NCBI GenBank assembly: GCA_048886185.1 | Contig: JBHLKY010000016.1 | Span: 30,001-62,000 of the forward strand | Source of the DNA: Candidatus Hermodarchaeota archaeon | GTDB lineage: Archaea > Asgardarchaeota > Heimdallarchaeia > Hodarchaeales > Hodarchaeaceae | DNA length: 32,000 bases | Reading direction: 5' to 3' | Part shown: positions 24,607 to 32,000 of the stretch, one piece after another | Position numbering within the stretch: position 1 is the stretch's first letter | How the letters are laid out: each line of letters starts with the position of its first letter | Position numbers and translations under genes: made by a program | Notes under the pieces: generated by a model | The model's database searches: none | The model's input: the letters and a program-made list of their open reading frames with translations, nothing else | Told to the model about the DNA's origin: nothing

Positions 24607-24647
24607 CACTGATAAAGGAATAAAAAACCACATGGAGATCCACAAGA

Positions 24648-27215
24648 ATGACTTCAATTGAAAAAATCGCACCTCAGTATTTTCTGGATTTTTTTAATTG
24701 TTTATATCCCTCGGTGGAAATTCAGCTGAAAAAAAATCTCATTCAAGGATCCCCTATTTGTAATAAGATTAACGCTGTTTTACATGAAATTTCGTGGAGT
24801 GAGTGGCAGGACAATTTGACAACGTTAGTAAAACCCTTGTCGACTATTTTGATCACCCTTTTTTATGATAAAACCCTTTTCACGTTACAAAGGCTAGGAA
24901 ATTCTGATGAGCTAGATCTTTTTCTAGATAATGTTAATATCTTAAATCAATCTCATATTATGGGAAAAATCACTTTTGATGAAGCTCATAACCAATTTAT
25001 TAATTTATTTAGGGATCTTTGGAAATTGACAAGCAAATCAGACCCTCGAATTCCAATTTTGGATGTTCAGGAATTTCCTCTTAATAAACTTATCGACCAA
25101 ATATTTATGGATTGGGAATCTTGCTTAAAATCAATTGATTTGATTCAAAACTTAAAAGCTGTTACTATAGAAAATAGTAAATTATTATTGCCATATATTT
25201 TTGAATTTGGAATTCCTGAGCAACGAAAACAATCACAAGGACAGGTCTTTACTCCATTACGTGTTATTGACTTCATTTGTAATCAAAATATTACAGAAAA
25301 AACCACAAGAGTTATCGATCCTGCATGTGGTACTGGGATATTTCTCTTAGGTGCGTTAAAAGTTTTATTTGAATCTAAAACACTTCTTTCTAAGCGAATT
25401 GAGCTAATTGGTATTGAAAAAGATCCATTATTAGCAAATATCGCTAAATGTGCTATTCATTATTTCCTTCAGGTAAATAAAATCTCTTCGGTTAAATGGG
25501 TAATATTCAATGATGATTTTTTCAATTATAGTAGAGAATCACCAATATTCTCTAGGAAGAGTTCAGGTACGACAACATTACTTATGAATCCCCCCTATAC
25601 ACGTCATGAGATATTATCATTAGGTTTTAAGGAATTTTTGAAGAGTAAAATAAAAGAGGATCTCCAAGAAATAACCCAAGCTATTAACTCTTCTGAAAAA
25701 GCATTCTCTGGGAGATCCGGACTATATGTTTATTTCTTGATTCATGCAACACTTTTCTTGGAAGAGGGAGATAATCTGGGCTTAATAATACCCAATTCTT
25801 GGTTAGACGTGGATTATGGCCTACAGCTTCAACAATTTCTTCTTAAGCACTATTTGATTGAATCAATTATAAATTGTACACAAAAAAAGATAATTCCTAA
25901 TGCAGATGTTAATGTAGCAATCTTGAATTTAATACGAAAGAAAATTACATCAATCCATGATTTCAATAATAATGAACTGGTTAATTTCATATCAATTCGC
26001 GATAAAAACGATCTTAAACTACTGATCAACAATAAACTCTCTACTTTACGTAATTTTTCATCAGAACTCCGAGTATTTACAATAAAACAAAAAAACCTTT
26101 ACAGAAAATCTAAGTGGGGAGTATATCTTCGTGCTCCAAAAGAATACTTCCTTTTAATGGAGAAATATAACGCGGCTCTAATCAGTCTTGGTGAAATTGC
26201 ACGAGTACGGAGAGGGTTTACTAGTGGTGCAAATGAGTTTTTTTATGTAGGAAAACCTGGAGAATCAAATAGATTCTTCATATCTAGTTGGAATCCAGAA
26301 ACAGGAGAATTGTTACTATATTTAAAGGATGAACTTATAATTAAGGAGTTTTTAGAGCAAGGATTTTATCTAAATGAGCCTATGTTCCTAATTGAAAAGG
26401 AATATTGGATGCATCGTGTTGATACCAACTTAGAAAACTCTTCTTGGGATTACTCTTTTAAAGATGCTGATGGATCAATCTGGGTACCAAATTACTTGGT
26501 AAAATCCCCTCGTAAACTCCCTACTTATGAAATACAGGAAAAAGACCTCATATATGTTGTGATATTGATTTCTCACCATTCTTCTAGTGATGGATTGAAA
26601 ACAGGGATACAAGAATACATTCGTTGGGGAGAACAATGGATCCCTACTATGGGAAAAAAATTCAACCAGCGACCAACTTGTAAGTCCCGAAAATATTGGT
26701 ATTCCTTACCATCAGATGAATATAAAGCATTTAATCTTTTATGTCTCATGACTATCAATGATCGGTTTCCTTTCTTCTATAATCCGCAGGAATTTTATTT
26801 TGATGCTCGTTTTTATGGTATTCAATTTCTCCACAACGAACTTCAGCAAAAAACTTACTTATTCGCCCATTATTTCTTGTATCTTAATTCTATTTATACC
26901 ACTTTACAATTAGAACTATTAGGACGTAGTAATTTGGGTGAAGGTGGTTTGGATATTAAAGTATACGAATATGAATTACTCAAGATACCTAGTTATGAGT
27001 TTTTAACCGATAATTTCTCAAAAAACGCAATAAATGTGTTTTTTCAAGTTTTAAACCAGTCCCCCTTTTCTGTCATACAAGAAGAACCATATACATTAAA
27101 ACAACTTACTGATGAATTTCTAGCTAATCTGTTTACACTTTCACAAATATCAATAGATAGGTTATTTAACAAGCTAAAGAATATCGTCCAAATGCGTGTT
27201 GAAAAAGCCAAGTAA
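24648..27215 (+). CDS. N6-adenine DNA methyltransferase 1 (Eco57I/TaqI/type IIG-like, NPPY)
   Basis: Motif X GQVFTP, motif I IDPACGTGIF (~25317), motif IV NPPY (~25587), C-terminal TRD-like region (WGVYLRAP, RRGFTSGANEFFY). The N-terminus is helical with no PD-(D/E)xK motif recognised. Confidence 0.9.
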   Translation: MTSIEKIAPQYFLDFFNCLYPSVEIQLKKNLIQGSPICNKINAVLHEISWSEWQDNLTTLVKPLSTILITLFYDKTLFTLQRLGNSDELDLFLDNVNILNQSHIMGKITFDEAHNQFINLFRDLWKLTSKSDPRIPILDVQEFPLNKLIDQIFMDWESCLKSIDLIQNLKAVTIENSKLLLPYIFEFGIPEQRKQSQGQVFTPLRVIDFICNQNITEKTTRVIDPACGTGIFLLGALKVLFESKTLLSKRIELIGIEKDPLLANIAKCAIHYFLQVNKISSVKWVIFNDDFFNYSRESPIFSRKSSGTTTLLMNPPYTRHEILSLGFKEFLKSKIKEDLQEITQAINSSEKAFSGRSGLYVYFLIHATLFLEEGDNLGLIIPNSWLDVDYGLQLQQFLLKHYLIESIINCTQKKIIPNADVNVAILNLIRKKITSIHDFNNNELVNFISIRDKNDLKLLINNKLSTLRNFSSELRVFTIKQKNLYRKSKWGVYLRAPKEYFLLMEKYNAALISLGEIARVRRGFTSGANEFFYVGKPGESNRFFISSWNPETGELLLYLKDELIIKEFLEQGFYLNEPMFLIEKEYWMHRVDTNLENSSWDYSFKDADGSIWVPNYLVKSPRKLPTYEIQEKDLIYVVILISHHSSSDGLKTGIQEYIRWGEQWIPTMGKKFNQRPTCKSRKYWYSLPSDEYKAFNLLCLMTINDRFPFFYNPQEFYFDARFYGIQFLHNELQQKTYLFAHYFLYLNSIYTTLQLELLGRSNLGEGGLDIKVYEYELLKIPSYEFLTDNFSKNAINVFFQVLNQSPFSVIQEEPYTLKQLTDEFLANLFTLSQISIDRLFNKLKNIVQMRVEKAK

Positions 27216-27236
27216 TGTTCTCATAACAGAAAATAG

Positions 27237-27251
27237 GAATTTCAAATGCTT
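27237..27251 (+). repeat. 15-bp direct repeat, left copy (GAATTTCAAATGCTT), contains the ATG of MTase 2
   Basis: Identical to 29529-29543. Confidence 0.9.
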
Positions 27252-29525
27252 TACAAAAACTCAATGATTGTCAAAAAAAAACAACATGGTCAATTCTTTA
27301 CTCATCCTGCAATTGCACGGCAGATTGTCCGTGAGGTTTGTGAACCAATAATTTCAGAGTGTTTTTGGAATCGTCTACAATCAACTACTGACTATTCAAC
27401 CATATCAGACTTACTTGACGATGTTTTAACATTACGTTTTGTAGACCCAGCAATGGGCGATGGTGTATTTTTAACTGAAGTTATCCATTTCTTTGTAGAT
27501 TATTTAAAGGAGCTATGGGAAAAAATTCATTCATCTTCTTATGTAAACCATTTCAATACTTATTTTCAAAAAAAACTAGCACTCGATTTTTCTTTGGTGG
27601 GAAAAAGAGACAATTTAACATTAGACGTTTGGAAACTTCATATTATCAGATCAATGATATATGGAGTAGATGTTGATCCCGAAATTGTGCAACAGGCACG
27701 AAATAAGGTCCTTGAAGAGATTTTCACACCGGAAATAATGAAATTAGCATGTATAGCTGTTCAATTCAATCTGAAAACAGGGAACTCCCTGATTTCTCCT
27801 ATTAGAATGAACATTGAAGCCAGAGATAAGATTTTTTCAGAGTATTCCTCGGAAATTAACCTTCTTCTTACTCAACGAAATCAGATACAAGAAACTCTTT
27901 GGAACGAATTAGATCGTGAAGAAATATTCGAAAATCGGAAAAAAAGTGAGCAGTTGCAGGTTGAGCTAGCAAGCAAAATCTTTGATCATATGATTCCAAT
28001 CCCTATATTCTCTTTAATGTCTGATATTAAAAATAAAGAATTTATGGCATTCTTGTGGGAAATTGAGTTTCCTGAAGTTTTCTTTGCAGATAGGTATGGA
28101 TTCAATGCTGTTGTCGGTAATCCTCCTTGGGATAAATGGAAGCTTTACGATCGTGAGTGGTTAGGCTCTACTGCGATTGGTAGAGGAAACCATGCCCAAA
28201 AAATTAACACTATTCGGATTAATGACACTGAATCCCATTCTAAGTATGTTAAGCTAAAAGAATTTTACAAAAAGACTACAGAGTATTTCAACAAGTATTT
28301 TAAGTGGCAACCTGGAGAAAAAAACTCATTTAAACTTTTTTTCGAACGATTCTATGATCTATGCATTTCTGATGGATTTATGGGCATCATCCTTCCTGGT
28401 GGACTTCTCGGAGAATATTATAGTCAGCCTCTACGACATGTAATGCTTACAAAAATGAATCTGCATTTAATTATTGAAATTATCTCAAATAGGGAGATGT
28501 TTCCTGACGCGGAATCTGGACTCAGTATTCTTATCATAATAGCTCAAAAAGGCGCTGCAGGGGAAGTATTCCCTTTTATTAAAGAAATTTCATCAACAGA
28601 TGAAGTTTCAAGAATAAGTGTGAAGAACCTCTCAGAAGCATCTGAGAACCTCATTTATTTTACGCAAAAGGACGTTCTTAATGCCTCACCTCAATGTATC
28701 GTTCCAGCTGTAAGAAATCAATACGAGTTGAAAATAATTCAAAAGATGACCAAATTTCCTACCCTTTCATCTGATTTATGGGGTTGTAAAACGTCACGAG
28801 GAATAGATATGACTAATGATCGTGATTTACTAGTCACAAATGTTACTCCTCATCCCCTTATAGAAGGACGTCATTTGGTGCGGTTAGGATTTGATACTAC
28901 TCATCCTCGATATTGGGTTCGATCATTTAAAGAATACCAGGGGAAAGTCTCGTTTTGGGATCAAACTATCATTGTATGGAAAAATTTTTCAGGGAATCAC
29001 CGACGCAGACGAATGCGGATTGCAATTCTTCCACCTAAATCTGTTATATCGAATAGTGTTATTTGCCTCTATAATCTTCCAAATATTAGTAGCGTGGAAT
29101 TCTATTTAGCCGGGATCATGTGTTCAATTCCATTTGAGTTTAGAATACGCCAGCTTTGCTATGGAATAAATATCAATCAGTATATAATGGATAATATGCC
29201 GATACCTTTGTTTAATCCTAATGAAGAACTCCACCAGAAAATGGTTTCTTTAGTCAAAAATTTTATTCCTCAAGGAAAAGACTGGGCAAGAAGAAAAATG
29301 GAGGTAACTTCCTCCATTTCGAAAGCTAGATTGGAAATTGATTACCAAGATTCAATCACAACTATAGATGCCCTTGCTGCATTAATCTTCAAGTTAACAA
29401 GAGATGAATTTTCTGTAACTTTAAAAGCTCATCCTCAGTTGGAACAAAGCTACCATAAAAAGGCTCTGGATTACTTTGACACATTAATTCCTAAATTTAA
29501 TAAGAAATTATTCCTTTCAGCATAA
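27246..29525 (+). CDS. N6-adenine DNA methyltransferase 2 (Eco57I-like, NPPW)
   Basis: GQFFTHP at residue ~14, VDPAMGDGVF (~27444), IYGVD, GNSL, WEIEFPEVF, GNPPW (~28119), C-terminal IDALAALIFKLTRDE. Confidence 0.9.
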   Translation: MLYKNSMIVKKKQHGQFFTHPAIARQIVREVCEPIISECFWNRLQSTTDYSTISDLLDDVLTLRFVDPAMGDGVFLTEVIHFFVDYLKELWEKIHSSSYVNHFNTYFQKKLALDFSLVGKRDNLTLDVWKLHIIRSMIYGVDVDPEIVQQARNKVLEEIFTPEIMKLACIAVQFNLKTGNSLISPIRMNIEARDKIFSEYSSEINLLLTQRNQIQETLWNELDREEIFENRKKSEQLQVELASKIFDHMIPIPIFSLMSDIKNKEFMAFLWEIEFPEVFFADRYGFNAVVGNPPWDKWKLYDREWLGSTAIGRGNHAQKINTIRINDTESHSKYVKLKEFYKKTTEYFNKYFKWQPGEKNSFKLFFERFYDLCISDGFMGIILPGGLLGEYYSQPLRHVMLTKMNLHLIIEIISNREMFPDAESGLSILIIIAQKGAAGEVFPFIKEISSTDEVSRISVKNLSEASENLIYFTQKDVLNASPQCIVPAVRNQYELKIIQKMTKFPTLSSDLWGCKTSRGIDMTNDRDLLVTNVTPHPLIEGRHLVRLGFDTTHPRYWVRSFKEYQGKVSFWDQTIIVWKNFSGNHRRRRMRIAILPPKSVISNSVICLYNLPNISSVEFYLAGIMCSIPFEFRIRQLCYGININQYIMDNMPIPLFNPNEELHQKMVSLVKNFIPQGKDWARRKMEVTSSISKARLEIDYQDSITTIDALAALIFKLTRDEFSVTLKAHPQLEQSYHKKALDYFDTLIPKFNKKLFLSA

Positions 29526-29528
29526 TGA

Positions 29529-29543
29529 GAATTTCAAATGCTT
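29529..29543 (+). repeat. 15-bp direct repeat, right copy (GAATTTCAAATGCTT)
   Basis: Begins 4 nt after the stop of MTase 2. Identical to 27237-27251. Confidence 0.9.
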
Positions 29544-29565
29544 ATTAATGTTATTAGAGAAAATT

Positions 29566-32000
29566 TCAGTTTGAAAACTCCATTATAAACTGTTTATCCT
29601 TTTGAGAAAGACCATAAATTCCAAAAATAAGATTATTCAGTCTTTCTTCCAATAAATTCTTTTCAATCTCGTCTTTACATTTTATAATCTTGGAAGTAAG
29701 CTTACACACGGATGTGTACTCTGTCGTATCAAACTTTGGTACAACTAGAGGAAAATCTTCGATTTGTTTCGGATAATATTCATAGAGTCCACCAAGGTCC
29801 TTAATAGAATTTAAAGCAAAGAATGTTAGGACTTTGGAATTTAGTAATGCGACTATAAAAAGAAGAAAATCTTTATCAGAGTATTTTTTCTTAGGAACTA
29901 TCCAAACAACATCCTTCGAGGAAAGACAACCATTCCAATCAATTGCAAAGGTATTTTTTGGAGCTTTATAGGGAGTAACAATCTTAGGGTTTTCCCACTT
30001 TATTGTCTTTCTTTCATCCCCCGATCGCCATAAGTAATATTTCAAAATTCGACTTCTGTTAAATAGTTGGTTTTTATTACGCTCAAGGTAACTCATGATC
30101 TTCTTGTTTGTGCTGATTTCATCGTTTCGATAGTTAGGAGCAAAAAGAACCTCTCTTTCCGTTCTCCAAAGTGAGAATTGCGTAATGTCTTTTCCTTTGA
30201 TCCAAGGTTTGACATGGGATTTGTTAATCTTTAAGACTCTGGAAAAATAGAATGGGTCTTTCGGTGCAAAAATATGATCACAACCAGTTTCAATTCCCTT
30301 GCTAATATTAGCTACGTCTTTAAGTGTCAGATTAGAATTTTCTCTAATTCTATAAAGGATATTAAGCTTAAGCCAATCAAGCAAAATCCATTTTTCTGGC
30401 TTTAGATTAAATTGATAGACTCTACAGGGTTTTCTTAAAACTTGAGAGCCATTTTTTTGGTACTTGTTATAGATAAAACTTTGATCAGCGGGAGTATGAG
30501 ACTTCTTCAAATGTATAATGATACTCTTAATATTTATATTCTGAAATAGTGTAAAATCTGTCAAGTCATGTATTTCTAGAATGCTTGCTGATTTAGAAAT
30601 ACATTTTCTGATTTTCCTTGCATATAGACTGTGTAATATATATTTTGGGAGAATGAAAGATAGAATTCCGTTGTTGGTATTTAAAGCTGACAATGCTCTC
30701 GTAATAAAAAAATAAGATAGATCATTATTCCCAGTATATATTTCTGGATATACTTTTTGTAACATTTTTCGTACAATCATCGGCATATCCGTTAATGCTA
30801 CAAATGGGGGATTGCCAATGATTAAATCAAACTTCGGGAAGTTAAAATCTGCCCAATGGAATTTTAATATTAAATTCCTTTTGCTTTCTAGATGATAAGC
30901 CAATGATTTATCTACAGATAGATCTATTGGGGATGAGAAAACAGCATAGAGTTTAAAATCAGATATTTGAGAACTTGAAATTGAGTATCGGATTTTCTTT
31001 AAAATTTTACTGTCAAGACTTTCCTTTTCACGATTCCAGACTGCCCTATCCCCTTCTAAAATGAAATATTGAAATCCTGGATACTTCAATAAGCTAGCAC
31101 AAGTATTGAAAAGCTGATTAATCTTTTGGTTCGTGGTCGAAGGAATCATGATTTCATATATATTGAATTGTTCGAAAAAATAATGATCATAATAAAGGTC
31201 TAGTAACGTTTTTCTCTTCTTTAACTCCATTTCGACAATTTTATTTTCACTGTATTCTAATGGTAATTTTTGAAAGCCAAAAAGGGCGTCTCCACTGTAA
31301 AGATTACATTTAAAACTGATTGGATCAGTTAAATTGAAACTCTTCTGATTATAAATCCACAACCAAAATTTCATTTGTGAAATTCTGATAGCTATCGGAT
31401 CTATATCTATTCCATAGAGGTTTCTTTTCAATATCAGAGATTTTATTTTCTCTATGGATAGAGTTGGGTTTAGAATCCTTAAAATCCGTATTAACAGATT
31501 TGCAGCTGCAAATAGAAACACACCAGTACCTAATGCAGGGTCACAAATTTTGATCGATTCCACTTTCCCCAGAATAATGTGTTTTGTTTTGAGATCTAAT
31601 TCATCTATCTGGCGTAGATCAGAAAAGGTATTACTAAATTCATGGAAATTGTTTCTTAACCAGTAAATAAAGCTTTCTTCTGCTATATAGGCTGCAAACT
31701 GATAAGGAGTATAAACATTTCCAGCAATTTTTTTTGAAGTGGAAAAATATTTTCTTAATTGAGTTACAAGAGTATCAAAGATTTCTAGGGTAATTAGACT
31801 TTCAGAATTGGTTTTACAATCAGAATAATCTCTAATCCATATAAATTTTTGTGAAAGATTATCAGCAATGGGCCCCCAGTCAATTGAATTTATCTTATTA
31901 TTCTGAAACTTTTTTTTGGCCTTTTTTCTAATAGGAAAAAGGATTTCTAGAGTTACTAAACTTGAAATGTTTTCTATTAAAAGAAATATATCTTTTGGGT
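29566..32000 (-). CDS. N6-adenine DNA methyltransferase 3 (Eco57I/TaqI_C-like, NPPF), 5' end outside the window
   Basis: The ORF-track 665-aa protein extends in frame without a stop to the window edge (hand translated), adding KKIAGNVYTPYQFA (motif X, 31705-31722). Also CDPALGTGVF, LYGIDID, GNPPF (30802-30813) and C-terminal LNNLIFGIYGLS. Confidence 0.9.
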   Translation of the reverse strand, partial: PKDIFLLIENISSLVTLEILFPIRKKAKKKFQNNKINSIDWGPIADNLSQKFIWIRDYSDCKTNSESLITLEIFDTLVTQLRKYFSTSKKIAGNVYTPYQFAAYIAEESFIYWLRNNFHEFSNTFSDLRQIDELDLKTKHIILGKVESIKICDPALGTGVFLFAAANLLIRILRILNPTLSIEKIKSLILKRNLYGIDIDPIAIRISQMKFWLWIYNQKSFNLTDPISFKCNLYSGDALFGFQKLPLEYSENKIVEMELKKRKTLLDLYYDHYFFEQFNIYEIMIPSTTNQKINQLFNTCASLLKYPGFQYFILEGDRAVWNREKESLDSKILKKIRYSISSSQISDFKLYAVFSSPIDLSVDKSLAYHLESKRNLILKFHWADFNFPKFDLIIGNPPFVALTDMPMIVRKMLQKVYPEIYTGNNDLSYFFITRALSALNTNNGILSFILPKYILHSLYARKIRKCISKSASILEIHDLTDFTLFQNINIKSIIIHLKKSHTPADQSFIYNKYQKNGSQVLRKPCRVYQFNLKPEKWILLDWLKLNILYRIRENSNLTLKDVANISKGIETGCDHIFAPKDPFYFSRVLKINKSHVKPWIKGKDITQFSLWRTEREVLFAPNYRNDEISTNKKIMSYLERNKNQLFNRSRILKYYLWRSGDERKTIKWENPKIVTPYKAPKNTFAIDWNGCLSSKDVVWIVPKKKYSDKDFLLFIVALLNSKVLTFFALNSIKDLGGLYEYYPKQIEDFPLVVPKFDTTEYTSVCKLTSKIIKCKDEIEKNLLEERLNNLIFGIYGLSQKDKQFIMEFSN

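Noticed and set aside
3005-31666. Other short overlapping ORFs in the track (e.g. 3005..3259, 5430..5618, 6098..6325, 6696..7136, 7346..7688, 8581..8886, 10306..10527, 11097..11291, 13472..13752, 14001..15903, 18232..19241, 19675..21345, 23278..23562, 25850..26758, 28891..29109, 31454..31666)
   Set aside because: They lie within or antisense to longer genes with recognisable motifs and have no independent support.
1-32000. CRISPR array, tRNA/rRNA, IS element or integrase
   Set aside because: No regularly spaced repeats, cloverleaf or rRNA-like GC-rich segments, transposase or recombinase motifs were seen by eye.

Overview
AT-rich archaeal chromosome segment, most likely from an Asgard archaeon (Heimdallarchaeia/Hodarchaeales-like). 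This is inferred from three Rab-like small GTPases, archaeal SD/TATA signals, a COG3357-type HTH-Zn-ribbon regulator and a large NosD/Ig surface protein. Left to right it holds: the 5' half of smc (runs off the left edge, absent from the ORF track); an MFS transporter; a minus-strand block of small unknown protein, 465-aa coiled coil and two tandem Rab-like GTPases; a DPM1-like GT2; a third Rab-like GTPase; membrane hypotheticals; an HTH-Zn-ribbon regulator; a dUTPase-like gene; a YdjM-like hydrolase interrupted by an in-frame TAG; rocD; a 1479-aa beta-helix surface protein with an inserted C-type lectin domain; an MBL hydrolase; a SHOCT protein; a multi-pass protein with a polyproline tail; Lrp/AsnC; and an 8-Cys Zn-finger/TPR protein. 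The last ~8 kb are a short MutY-like glycosylase followed by three Eco57I/TaqI-like amino-methyltransferases (NPPY, NPPW, NPPF) with no visible nuclease. The middle methyltransferase is bracketed by a perfect 15-bp direct repeat that contains its start codon. The strongest candidates for an undescribed system are this glycosylase plus triple-MTase locus and the GTPase-pair/coiled-coil block. No rRNA, tRNA, CRISPR array or transposase was recognised.
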